The notes under the pieces are model-generated. The model saw nothing but the letters and a program-made list of their open reading frames with translations. It did not search any database and was not told the DNA's origin. From NCBI GenBank assembly GCA_032718475.1, contig JAUCBJ010009104.1:9383-73382 (forward strand): a stretch of DNA of 64,000 nt, in the 5' to 3' direction. The position numbers were made by a program, and so were the translations under genes. The stretch comes from Nemertoderma westbladi. Taxonomy: Eukaryota > Animalia > Xenacoelomorpha. Shown in pieces: positions 23,717-35,232 of the stretch. Every line of letters starts with the position of its first letter. Within the stretch, counting starts at the first letter, position 1.

Positions 23717-24858
23717 TGTAAAAGCTTTTGCGGATATAACAAGTAATTTTTCTCCGCAATGTACTGTGTAGGTGTTTTAGCGGACATAACAAGCCATTTT
23801 CTCCACAGTGTACCGTGTAAGTGCTTTAGCGGACATAATAAGCCATTTTCTGCCGCAATGCGCCTAATACTCTAAAAGACTGGAACTCAGATGACGAAAT
23901 CTGTCAGCTGATTTACTGTCAATGTGGAACCTCTCTTTGTTCAGCTCGCTCAGCCAATCAGAGCGATTTTCATTTTATCTTGTACAGAGGCCTACGGAAA
24001 ACCGCGCAATGCATTATGGTTTTTGTTTACCTTTCTGAGCCTCAGAACATCGGCTTAGAAATTCTTCTGTGCTTCTGTAGAAGTTTCAGACTTTGGCAAA
24101 CATTAGATGGCTTTGATTATAAGAACGTAAATCTATTATCAAACCTGGCAAATCACACCAAACCATACCAAACTGCATTATTTTACTTCTGTTTACTGTC
24201 TGTTATTAATTGTTATATGTTGATGGATATGTTGTTATATTTGAAGAATACCGATAAATAATCATAAAACCCCAATCTTCTTGATTACTGAAGGTAAGAT
24301 GGACCGGTTACCTGTAGCAATTGCGACTTACATTATAGTGGTTTTAGTGTGAATTAAATGCTATTTCATAATCCCTACATGTGTCAGTTACTATCCTCCT
24401 TATATATGGTCAAATTCAGTGACGGTCGGCAGATCAGTGTGCAGCAGTGTGAAGTCGTATGCAGTAGTGTGACAGATAATAAAGCATCTCCTAAAGAATG
24501 CGCTATTTACGAAAATCAGTAGCCATCTCGTTGTGTTTAGTATAAGTCATAACTCTGTTTTTATACTTAAAGCGCCACGTCCTAAAGGAACTGTTAATAT
24601 TTCCCTGAAAGTGAATAATATTGTCAGAGATTATATAGTAACGATCGATCGAATAATACCGTAGGTCTGCACCGCAATCCCTTCAAAGCATCCGAATCCA
24701 GTCTCCCTTAACTGTTGGTGAATGATCGCGCATAGACTGGCTTCGGCTAATGTTATTTCATGTGCACTAAATACTTGTCATAGGCTAAAGTCGATTTATA
24801 AACAAGAGGACACCTAAAATTGGCAGGTTAAACTGCTAAAGGTCTGAAAGCGCGAACA
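23717..24858 (+). repeat. 5' LTR of element B
   Basis: Matches 40341-41482 with about 18 substitutions counted by eye and no indels seen; three ~50-bp tandem units at 23730-23860; CCAAT at ~23955; AATAAA at 24478. Confidence 0.97.
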
Positions 24859-26345
24859 GTAATAGATTTTAGTTTCTGATTGCACGTAGGCAATAAATTC
24901 GAATGTACCGGTCGGACGGTAACCTGTAGGCCTAACTACCTAATCACCCGAACCGGTACTTACCGGTACCAGTATTATTTCGATTGTGATATTGTATATT
25001 GGTAGGCTGTTTAAGAGATTAGGGACTGTACACCCCTTGTTTCTTTTAGAGCTTATTTATTTCTGTCAGTTTTATTTATCTGTAAGTGTAATATTGAGCA
25101 GAAGGCGTGTAAGCCCGCTCAAATTGTACAAATAATTTGTAGGCTGGATTGTTGTCTGACTGTTGTTAAGTCTGAAGCGATTGCAGTGTGTGTAGAGTGT
25201 ATGTCCGATAAAGTACTAGTTAGGAAGGTGGGGGCATCCAGTGCTGTAAGGTAAATCCCCCCCCGAAAGAATAAGTCGTACTACTCGGTTGGAACGCCTA
25301 CTAACTAACCATTTCGGAGTCTGCATATACTGTAGTTTATTTAGGCTTGATAGTAGTTTGCCAGCGTTTGGTCTGTATTTTGTTTGTGTAGTCTGCACGG
25401 GTAGCGTATTTATTTATTATTCAGAGTCTATGCGAGTATTCGCAACTTACATACCCCTAAGTTTATTCCTACAGTAATTGTGCTTGTTATACATACCGTT
25501 ATAGTTAAATTAACCCCGGTACTACATCAGGGCTGCTTGGCGTAGGTAAAGACTGGTGATTTTATGCTCTAGTCACTCCAGCAGATACCATGGTTCTTTT
25601 AGCTGTACAAGTATATTTAACTGCTGGTTATTTGTTGTATAAGTACTTGTACCTAATTTAGGGTTTAGTGTACAGTACTTTCCGAGTGTGTAGGCAGTAT
25701 ATTTGTGTTGTAAAGTGGTTAATAAGCACGTTAGCTCTGGTTGGCTGCGGTAATTAACTTCTAGGTAACGTACATAACGTAGTACTAGCTGTAGAGCTAA
25801 AGACTTTAAGTCGTCAGATGGTGGTATTTTCTTATCTGGACAATGCAATATATTTACTACTGCTTAATTATTTCAAATACCGTAGTATCCTGTCCGTTTG
25901 TAATAACCAGAAATTCTAACCCCTTGTTAGGCTGGTTTGTAGATTTCCTGTAAAATTACCCTAAAATTTGTACGTGTAACTTTTGGTGTTTATTTAGAAA
26001 TTGTAATCCTACACAGTAATTGTATGTAATTTGTAGTAATAAGTAACTTAGTAAAGTAGAATTATTCGTTTTAGTATCCAACAAGTAGCACTTCACTGAG
26101 AGCGTTCAGCTTCTGTGCAGTGGCTCCTTACCCAGAAATAATAACATTTATTTCAAATATTGTCAAAACCCTTGTACGGGTACATAATATATTATAAATC
26201 AACTCAAACCGATTTATAAACTAGTAGGCCTGTTATACATCAATTAGGTGTTAATATCAGTTGGACTACTGCTTAATAACAGTAATAAAGTAAAGGAAAG
26301 TAACCCTAAAATTCAGAAATTTAGGCATCATAAAATAATTGACAT

Positions 26346-26605
26346 TACCGGTATTTACGATAGGCTTATTATATTTATTTCTATAAATTTAAGCTGAAAT
26401 TATATACCGGTATTCTGTAATTAATCCTAGTCTATAATCATACTTATATATACTATAAGTGTATGCTGTATACCGGTATTTATAGCAGGCTCATTATATA
26501 TATTTATATAAATTTATGCTGAAATTATATACCGGTATTCTGTGACTAATCAATCCTAGTCTGTAATAATACTTATATATATACTATAAGTGTATACCGG
26601 TATTC
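26346..26605 (+). repeat. Two ~125-bp AT-rich tandem units in the 1.9-kb leader of element B
   Basis: TACCGGTATTTA..AGGCT.ATTATAT at 26346 and 26471; GCTGAAATTATATACCGGTATTCTGT occurs twice. Confidence 0.75.
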
Positions 26606-26741
26606 TAATATATTATATATATATCACGTTACACTGAGTAACAGTATCGGTAATTAATTACTAGGCTTATAGTTGTTACTGAATTACTAGACTTACTTTA
26701 ACTGTCGTTATAGTAGTGGGCATTTAACTGTACAATCAAAC

Positions 26742-29402
26742 ATGGCTGATACAAAACAAACACTGTCAGATAGTCTCCTAGAAAGAACAGTCTGCGACTC
26801 AGATAGGAGTGCAGAACATCTGAGACCGAAGTCCAAGTCCCCTCCTACTGTAAGAAAGGTCATCCCTCCAGTAGTAGTATCAAACCCTAGGCTAGTAAAG
26901 CACCGTAGGTCTATCATAGGCACTCAGGCTCAAGTCAAGCGGGACCAAGAGGCAGCTGTTAAACAGCAGCAATACCCGAACCGAGAACTTATTTCTCAGC
27001 GGCCCGATAGCTCCAGTAGTTCAGATACTGTAGAGTTGACACCCGAGATCGGAGCAAAGATGGCAGAAGCGGTTTATTCAGACCCACTTCTAATTCTTCC
27101 TGAAGCCGTACTCACTAGAGTATTGATTGCGGTGGAGGAACATCAAATCGATTGGGCGAGAAGTAAGCGATCGACCAAGGACAGTTATGCGGGATACACG
27201 AAGGTGGAACTGAAGTCTATTGTCGAGATGCAATGGAACTTCCCCGGACCCGGACTCCCGTTTAACTTATCGGAAGCTGCCTGGGAGGACTTATACAGGA
27301 TGGGAGTGGTAAAGGACACTAGAGATCCAGCTGTGTGGAAGAGGTCGGCAGCAGGATATGTACAGGGATTCTTCAGCTCTTTGGAGCAATTAGAGGAACA
27401 ACTGTTTCAACAACCCCAAGGACCTCAAGAGCAGGGAGAGCTGCTTTATCAAGTTCGAGAACGAATCCTAAGAATCAGACTAATCCTTTCAGCCTTTGAG
27501 GAAGCCTCGAAGAGAAGCCAAGACACGTCATTGCAAGTCGCCCTAAAGACTTGGTTCCAACGGGTGAGTCTTAAAGTCCAAGGAACAACCCAATGGAAAA
27601 TTCAGCTAACTGAGCGCGCGATCCACGGAGAATCAACAGACGCTACCTTTTCTCAGGTGGAAAGCAATGTTACATCAGAGAAACCTCAGAAGAAGGACGC
27701 TATTGACATCTATCTGTCGGACTATCAACGATTTATAGGTAACAAAGAGTTGAGGAGACGGCTAGCTGGACTTCACCCTAATAGTGAGGGAGCCAAATTT
27801 GTGTTAGACTCATTAGATGCGGAAATGTTAGCCGCGGATCAGGCTAAATTTGATGAAAGAATCCTCATCGCTAGGGAACAGGAAGAACAATTAAAGAAAA
27901 AACAGATAGAAGACAGAAAGACAGCAGCAGCGGCGGCGGCAGAAGTTGAAAGAAAGGCAGCAATGGCAGCGGCAGCGGCAGCGGCAGAAGCGGAAAGAAA
28001 AGCAGCAGAGGCAGCGTTAGAAGCTGAAAGAAAAGTGGCAGAGGCAGCGTTAGAAGCTGAAAGAAAAGTGGCAGAGGCAGCGGTAGAAGCGGAAAGAAAA
28101 GCGGCAGAGGCAGTGGCAGCAGCAGAACGGAGGGCATCTGAAGAGACCGTCGTCCCTCGTCTGCCCGCTACTATGTTGGCGGCTCCCGCTTCGGCGTTCG
28201 AGTGGGTGGATGAGAGATGGCGGGGGATGGATCTCCTGCTCGGGCAGATGGAGGAACATCGGGAACGTTCCTCCCAACAGGTCCAGGAGTTGGAGAGGAC
28301 TGTTCAACAGTTAAAAGGAACAGTAAGAGAAGGTAGGTTAGAGTTGCAAGAAGTGCAGCAGAGTATCGCGTTAGAACGCGATAAATTTGTAAATTTACAA
28401 AGGGGTATACCACCACCCCCTGTAACAATGTGTCAACCTGTCAGGTCAGAAGTATTTCATGCGCAAGGTGTGGAGCCTATACGCATCTATACTGCTAGTG
28501 AAGTAGAAACTCCTATAGTAAACCCTATTAAGGATAATTATAAACTTGTTGATAATGATATTCCATATAGACCTGATCATAATCCGAGAAATTCATATAC
28601 CGATAACTCGATATTAAATAATACGATGGCCCAAGAAAGTTTTACGCGTCAAATGTCTAGAACCTAAGCCCGTCAAGCGGTAAAGGTGGGAGAGATCGTC
28701 AAGTTCAATGGAGATGAGATGAAATGGTTACCTTTTAATGAATATTACAAAGATAACATACATAACTCTGTACTATCTAACGGAGAGAAACTTAGATTCC
28801 TCATCGAGTGCTTGGAAGGACCTCCCAAGTTAATGGCGTTAAAGTTTATTGGACATCCAGATGGATTGCGACAAGTTTGGGATACACTAAACATCAGGTA
28901 TGGTAATAGGACAAACATAGCTAGGTATTTGTATGCGAAATTAGTAGCGCCCCGAAAGTTCCTTAGCAGCGGGATTATAGGAGTAGGTACTCGTTGGGAC
29001 AAAAGAGTTCTCTATATGATGGACCAGCAACAAAGAGACCCTACCATGGCTGATATCATGTCATTCTTAAATGGAGAGGGAAGATCACAGCTCCTAAAAC
29101 AGTCCCGAGAGAAGACACCGGAAAATAAAGTAAGTGAAAAGGAAAGGCTTCTAGGAGAAAGGTAACACCAGTGTGTTATACAGACGACGGCGAAAGCCAA
29201 ACCTCTCAGGAGGAGAACAGCGGGAAAGACACCGAAAGATCTTACTATGTCAACAAAGCACCTAAAGACGTAAATTTAAAAATAAAAGACGTAAAGAAGT
29301 AAATTTAAGTCTCGAACCAGTGACAGGAGAGAACAGGTAACAAAAACTCCTCCTACGTCTCCTAAGAGAATTCATGGAAGAAAGCCCGAGGAAAAAACGA
29401 GT
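26742..29402 (+). pseudogene. gag: Element B gag (641-aa ORF plus DUF1759-like ORF; stops and a probable internal deletion near 28960)
   Basis: AAEAERK repeats and coiled coil; KFNGDEMKWLPF...EKLRFLIECLEGPP in the same frame after the TAA at 28665-28667. Confidence 0.85.
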
Positions 29403-32400
29403 GTGCACAACACTACCCAAGGTAAAGTAAGTAACATCAAACCAAAATGTGCATTGTGCGACGGGCCCCATCATTTAAGTGTGTGTGATGAATTCTTAAA
29501 GAAATCCTTAAAGGATAGATGCGATGTCATGTGGGATAAGCGGTTGTGTTATAATTGTCTCAGACAAGGACACCAACGGCGAACCTGTTACTCCGACGCG
29601 AGGTGTGCTAACTGCGGCGCGAAACATCATATCTTGCCGCACACCGAATTTGAAAGAACCAGCCCGAGTCAGGTAAGTGAGTCCGAACTACATGTCCAAT
29701 TCAGTGATGTGAATGACACTGACCACAGTTCTGAGATGGAAGGATTTTACATGGATGAATTCTCCGATGAAAACGAATCCTGTTATATGATAAACACCGC
29801 GGTGTATCGAGCGCTTACGTATGAGACTGAAACCGATAACGAAGCGCACCCGACTATTCCTGACCGACAACCATCTTGGAAAGCGCCAACTTCCAACGTC
29901 GGAATCCGGGAATTCCCCGTAGTTCAGCTGAGAGTCCATGGATCAGGTAAGAGTTTTATAGTCAACGCCCTCCTGGACTCCGGCAGCACAGGGACATTCA
30001 TCGACAAAGAACTAGCCGAAGACATCTTTGCTGGACAACCCAAGTTCCGAACTAAGTTGAACCTTTCCGGAATTATGCAGGTTTGGAAATCTACAGCAGC
30101 TACAGACTACTATGTAGGCGCGTTGTCCACTCCCCAGGACGAACTAGGAGAACACAGCATAAGGTCAGTAAAAATGGTGGCGATAAAGAACTTTGCTACC
30201 AGCCAAGTAGAACCTTACAACTGGGATGAAGACGATTTTACCCAGCAACATAATATCCCTAGATTCAACACCGACTACCCAGGGGTGCAAATATTGATCT
30301 TCCAAAATGCGCATGAGGCGCTTGAGACATTAGAGAAACGGCCTGCTCGACCGCAACCATTGCAAACATATGCGGGAAGAACTAGAGTAGGTTGGTACTT
30401 CACTGGACCTTCCCGTAGAACACTCATGGAAAGATTACCTACCGAACAAATACATCAGGTGAGTGAATGGGAAGAAGAAATCAGTGAGGGAGAGATCCCA
30501 CCTGAGGGAACACCATACTCCTCAGATAACGACAATATTACTCAATTATTTGACGAGGAAAATACAATCGACCTCCTCACCGAAAGTGAAGCTTGGAGAA
30601 ACCAAGTGCACCTTTGCCATCTCATCAATCATGGCGGACAACTTGACTACAACGACGAGCTAAATGAGGTGATAGATCGACACAACGCTAAGATTCGCAA
30701 TGAACATGCCGTACGATTCTTTACTCAAGAAGCTGTAGAGCCTAATTCCTACGACAAAGCACTATCGGTTGAGGAGGAAAGAGCCAAGCAGATCCAGGAA
30801 ACGACTACACGTTTTCTTAAAGATCAAGGTAGGTATGAGATTGGTCTGCCATTCCGACGGCGAGAACCCAACTTTATAAATAACCGACCCTTAGTGGAGA
30901 AGAGAATCGCGCAACTACATCGGCGTCTTACGGTCAATGCTTCAGCTAAAGAGATGTATAAGACCCAGCTGAAGAAATTCATCGATAAGGGATACGCGGA
31001 GCGAGTACCGGAAGAAACACCTATAACTGAGAGAATGTATTATCTAACACATCATTACGTTCCCAAACCCGGTAAACCCAACGAAGTCCGGGTAGTATTT
31101 GACGGCTCCGCCCTTTACATGGGCCAATCCCTTAACTCTGAGTTGTTGCCGGGACCCAACTTACTCCAATCCTTGTTGGGAATACTCTTAAGATTACGGC
31201 AATATTCGATCGCCTTCGCCTCGGATATAGAAGGCATGTTCTTACAAGTTAAGGCGCTGGATAGGGATCGAGACAGCCTACGATTTCTGTGGTGGCCTGA
31301 AGGAGACCTCAACCAAAAACCGGTGGAGTACTGGATGACCATCCAGGCTTTCGGGATCATCTCGAGCCCCTCGAACGCTTGTTCAGTAGTGCGTACCACT
31401 GCTGATGACAACCGAGACGCCTTCTCTAAAGCGGTTATCGACAACATCAAACGGGATATATACATGGACGACAATTTAAAGTCCCTCCCATCGGTGGAAG
31501 AAGCCATTGATGTTGCCAAGGGAACGGTAGAGTGCTTGAAACGCGGTGGATTTCGACTAACTAAATTCACAAGTAACTCCCGTGAGTTTCTGGAATCGAT
31601 CCCGGTAGAAGACCGAGGAGTTAAAGATCTGGACCTAATCAAGGACGATCTTCCGGAAACCAAGACGCTTGGTTTGAAATGGGACACGGAGAGAGATATC
31701 CTGTTTTTCCAGCTAAAACAGCGAGATAATCCAGTTCGAACTAAACGGATTTGTCTAAGTATCCTGAGCACTTATTTCGATCCATTGGGATTTATTAGCC
31801 CAGTTATATTGGTTGCTCGGAGCTTAGTGCAACAAATGTGGCTTGAAAACCACTCGTGGGACGATCCACTTAAGGGAGAACTACTAAAGAAGTGGATGAA
31901 ATGGGAAGATTCTCTACCATCCATCGAGAACTTTACGATTTCCCGTTCCTATTTTGGTCACGTTCTCCCCACGTATTCCTATCAACTCCATGTGTTTGGA
32001 GACGCCAGCGATATGGGAATAGGTATAGTAGCCTACCTGAGGGTTGAAACTCCGGATGGAATTAAAGTTGCCTTGGTTACCTCTAAGGCCTTGATAAACA
32101 ACAAGCTACGAGTTCCTCGAGCGGAGTTAAAGGCGGCTCTATACGCTACAGCCATCGGCCGGAATGTAACAGAACAGATCGACTATCCACTGGAGAAAAC
32201 TGTCTATTGGACTGATGCTTTACTCGTTTTGGAGTATATAACCAATGAAGTCTGTCAGTTCAGCGTCTTCGTTACCAACAGAGTGGCCATTATACTTAGT
32301 CGCACTAATGTAGATCAATGGAGACATTGCCCTGGGACGATTAATCCAGCCGACATCGCCTCCAGAGGAGCAACTCCTCAAGAACTGATAGATACTCCAG

Positions 32401-32630
32401 ACTGGTTAGGTGGACCCGACTTCCTAAGTAAAGAAGAAGATGAATGGCCTCCTCATCTCACCACGGCTGAGATTAGACAAGCCAAGGGAGCGGAGAAAGT
32501 CAAACCCAAAACCCGGACGAGTAAATCGAAGTTATTTAAACCCGTGATAGATCTGTCTGTACTACACATTTCCGGAGACGACGCTGTGGATCTAAACTCC
32601 CCCGCCACAAAAATCTGTCGTGGAAATTAG
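29403..32630 (+). CDS. pol: Element B Gag zinc knuckles, protease, RT and RNase H (1075-aa open segment of a disrupted polyprotein)
   Basis: CALCDGPHHLSVC, CYNCLRQGHQRRTC, CANCGAKHH; LLDSGS; VRVVFDGS, DIEGMFLQV, YMDDNL; FGDAS, PRAELKA, WTDA, NPADIASRG. Confidence 0.95.
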   Translation: MHNTTQGKVSNIKPKCALCDGPHHLSVCDEFLKKSLKDRCDVMWDKRLCYNCLRQGHQRRTCYSDARCANCGAKHHILPHTEFERTSPSQVSESELHVQFSDVNDTDHSSEMEGFYMDEFSDENESCYMINTAVYRALTYETETDNEAHPTIPDRQPSWKAPTSNVGIREFPVVQLRVHGSGKSFIVNALLDSGSTGTFIDKELAEDIFAGQPKFRTKLNLSGIMQVWKSTAATDYYVGALSTPQDELGEHSIRSVKMVAIKNFATSQVEPYNWDEDDFTQQHNIPRFNTDYPGVQILIFQNAHEALETLEKRPARPQPLQTYAGRTRVGWYFTGPSRRTLMERLPTEQIHQVSEWEEEISEGEIPPEGTPYSSDNDNITQLFDEENTIDLLTESEAWRNQVHLCHLINHGGQLDYNDELNEVIDRHNAKIRNEHAVRFFTQEAVEPNSYDKALSVEEERAKQIQETTTRFLKDQGRYEIGLPFRRREPNFINNRPLVEKRIAQLHRRLTVNASAKEMYKTQLKKFIDKGYAERVPEETPITERMYYLTHHYVPKPGKPNEVRVVFDGSALYMGQSLNSELLPGPNLLQSLLGILLRLRQYSIAFASDIEGMFLQVKALDRDRDSLRFLWWPEGDLNQKPVEYWMTIQAFGIISSPSNACSVVRTTADDNRDAFSKAVIDNIKRDIYMDDNLKSLPSVEEAIDVAKGTVECLKRGGFRLTKFTSNSREFLESIPVEDRGVKDLDLIKDDLPETKTLGLKWDTERDILFFQLKQRDNPVRTKRICLSILSTYFDPLGFISPVILVARSLVQQMWLENHSWDDPLKGELLKKWMKWEDSLPSIENFTISRSYFGHVLPTYSYQLHVFGDASDMGIGIVAYLRVETPDGIKVALVTSKALINNKLRVPRAELKAALYATAIGRNVTEQIDYPLEKTVYWTDALLVLEYITNEVCQFSVFVTNRVAIILSRTNVDQWRHCPGTINPADIASRGATPQELIDTPDWLGGPDFLSKEEDEWPPHLTTAEIRQAKGAEKVKPKTRTSKSKLFKPVIDLSVLHISGDDAVDLNSPATKICRGN

Positions 32631-34344
32631 AGAAAGAGACTGGAAATCTGGAACACCAGACGTCTCGCAGGGACTCTCACCTCTCCTGCAGAGAGCGATA
32701 CATCACTATAGCTCCTGGAATCGGCTTTGTAAGGCCGTCGTGTATTTGAAGCGATGCTTCCATTATCACTACTCCAGGACGAAGATCGCTAGTGATACCG
32801 CTCCACTGACATCTGCGCAGGTCCATGCTATTAAAGATCTTCCCAAATACAAGATATCAGATAGGTTTCTGACGGAGAAGATCAGTTACCAGGAGCATGA
32901 AGAAACCAATAAGCAGATACTGAGACTCCTGCAATGCTATGAAGATTCCGATAAGTATTTCCTGTTGTTGAGAAATCCACAGATGCGCTTAAGGGATCGT
33001 TTCTCTAGCACAATGATAGATGGGTTAATACGTGTTGGAGGGAGACTAACTAATGCTCCATTATCCTTTGACACTAAGTTTCCCATACTCATTAGAAATC
33101 TTGAAATACAAATCAAGATGATTGTAGATGTTCACAGTAAGCTGTACCATGCTGGTAGAGAACGAGTTCTTAGCGAAATTCGAACTCGCTATTATTTCCA
33201 TAAACCCCGTAGAGCTCTGAACCAAGTTCTTAGGAACTGTATACCCTGTAGGAAAGCATTCAGTAGGCCTTTAACACAGCGAGAGGCAGAATTACCTAGG
33301 GAACGAGTAAGCTTCTATGAACCACCCTTTACTAATACCGGTGTGGATTTATTTGGCCCTATTGAAGTATATCGTGCTAGGACTATAGTCAAGCGATGGT
33401 GTGTCATCTTTGTCTGTATGACTTGTAGAGCGATCCATCTAGATATGGTGAACGATCTATCTACCAACAGCTTCATACTGAGTTTACGCCGACAGATCGC
33501 TCGCTTTGGAACTAGCAACACGATGAGATCTGATAAGGGAACGAACGTCATTGGCGCCAATAATGAGATCAAGGCTTACGTTAGAGATTGGAACCAAAGA
33601 CAGGTGGACGATCAGCTAAGGGTAACAGCATCTAGCTGGACCTTCAACGCCGCCGACGCCCCTTGGTGGGGAGGAAGTTGGGAGAGATTAATAAGAAGCG
33701 TGAAGACCGCATTTCACTTTATAGTGCCGTGCCAAGCGTATCTCACCGACGAACTTTTGCGGACGTTAATGGAAGAAATCGCCGCCTATCTTAACGAGAG
33801 ACTGCTTATGCCAGTCTCATCGATTCCCGACTCCCTGGAAGCGCTATCACCCGCGCACTTCCTACTGAAGAAACCTGTAGCCATGCTCCCACACTCGGAA
33901 ATCACGGACGGAGACGAATACTGCCGACAAACTTGGCAACATATGCAGTTATTATCCCGTCGTTTCGCTGACCATTTCGAAAAACATTATCTGCCTACGC
34001 TACAACTTCGAACCAAGTGGTTTGCGCAACAAGAAAACGTCAGTGCCGGAGACATGGTCCTTATTGTGGAATCCGATCTTCCACGTAAGCGGTGGCAAAC
34101 AGGTCGTATCATCGAGACTCATATCTCCGATGATGGTTTAGTGCGATCAGTAGAACTCGTCGTCATGCGACGTAACTTTAAGAAACCTGGAATTGTATTC
34201 GAAACGCAGCAGCTCAATCGCCCAGTTGGTCGTTTATGTTTACTGGAAAGAGACAGAGAACTATCCGGAAACTATGGAAGGCAAGATACTCTTCCCACGA
34301 CCACCTCCCTAATCCAACAAACATCTAGGGACTCCCCAATGTAA
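32620..34344 (+). CDS. Element B integrase (frameshifted from pol near 32620)
   Basis: H-x4-H...C-x2-C finger (VHSKLYHAG...CIPC), GVDLFGP, RSDKGTN, GGSWERL, C-terminal WQTGRI...DGLVRSV. Confidence 0.95.
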   Translation: MEIRERDWKSGTPDVSQGLSPLLQRAIHHYSSWNRLCKAVVYLKRCFHYHYSRTKIASDTAPLTSAQVHAIKDLPKYKISDRFLTEKISYQEHEETNKQILRLLQCYEDSDKYFLLLRNPQMRLRDRFSSTMIDGLIRVGGRLTNAPLSFDTKFPILIRNLEIQIKMIVDVHSKLYHAGRERVLSEIRTRYYFHKPRRALNQVLRNCIPCRKAFSRPLTQREAELPRERVSFYEPPFTNTGVDLFGPIEVYRARTIVKRWCVIFVCMTCRAIHLDMVNDLSTNSFILSLRRQIARFGTSNTMRSDKGTNVIGANNEIKAYVRDWNQRQVDDQLRVTASSWTFNAADAPWWGGSWERLIRSVKTAFHFIVPCQAYLTDELLRTLMEEIAAYLNERLLMPVSSIPDSLEALSPAHFLLKKPVAMLPHSEITDGDEYCRQTWQHMQLLSRRFADHFEKHYLPTLQLRTKWFAQQENVSAGDMVLIVESDLPRKRWQTGRIIETHISDDGLVRSVELVVMRRNFKKPGIVFETQQLNRPVGRLCLLERDRELSGNYGRQDTLPTTTSLIQQTSRDSPM

Positions 34345-34869
34345 CAGCGTCTGGAGTGGGTGTGTGACTATATTATTTTATATTTGTTTTTATTATTTTT
34401 ATATTTATGTATGTATTATTATGTAATTTTATTATAATCGTTTTCTTTAATTTTATTTAGTAGAATGTTATTTTAGCGATTATTTAGTAGAATTAGTGCA
34501 ATATATATTCGCGTTTATTACTTAATTACTTATATTATATATATTTAGCGTAACGGCGAGAAATAATTTTTTTTTCTCTTTCCTTACTGTCCGTATCATA
34601 TTATAAATGCGTGACTACAGTAAGATGAAATATCCATACTTATTAAAGTACAATAAAGCTCCTACTATACTCAAGTATTATTGGTAAGTAGAGTATTAGG
34701 AATGCAAAGTTCAGATCCTCGTGTCTCGGCTAAACTAAGCTCTGGGTAGACCTTGGAAACGACTTGCCTCTTCTCACTGACATTGCTTCTTGCAATATTG
34801 CTCTCATACCGTATATTAAATAATACATATAGTAGCGTGATGTCCCTTTAACAGTAGCGTATAACGCAA

Positions 34870-35232
34870 AATAAATCTGTTAAACCCTTTGATCATCTGT
34901 AATTCTAGTCGATTAAGATATCATGGCACCCACCGATATACTTGAAAGACAAAACTCTAGAATCAGTGGTTAACGTCCCCAGACAAGTTCTGGAATAAAT
35001 CGGTGCCCATCTTAAATATTACATAGTTAATATTTATAAAAATCGATTAAAACAAATGTTATAATAGAGTAAATGCATACATATAAACTCTAAGGAGTTT
35101 GTAAACCAAGAAAATCTATAAATCAAAATCTGTTAAAATTTAGATCCTTTAAAAAGACAAATTTCCTAGAATCAAGGATCCCAGTCCCCAGACATGCCCT
35201 GGAATAAAATTGTGCCTATTTAATATTAAATA
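34870..35232 (+). repeat. Diverged direct repeat in the IN-ORF3 spacer
   Basis: AGACAAA..CTAGAATCA...GTCCCCAGACA...CTGGAATAAA...GTGCC at ~34947-35020 and ~35155-35230. Confidence 0.65.

Noticed and set aside
31115-31771. Antisense ORFs over RT (also 15682-16095)
   Set aside because: Shadow frames of pol with no independent motifs.
32600-32640. Programmed frameshift between RNase H and integrase
   Set aside because: BEL polyproteins are normally one ORF, this copy has several other lesions, and no clear slippery heptamer is present; decay is more likely.
34276-34296. Element B counterpart of the element A hairpin (GGAAGGCAAGATACTCTTCC)
   Set aside because: Single occurrence with a different stem and loop; no dispersed copies found by eye.
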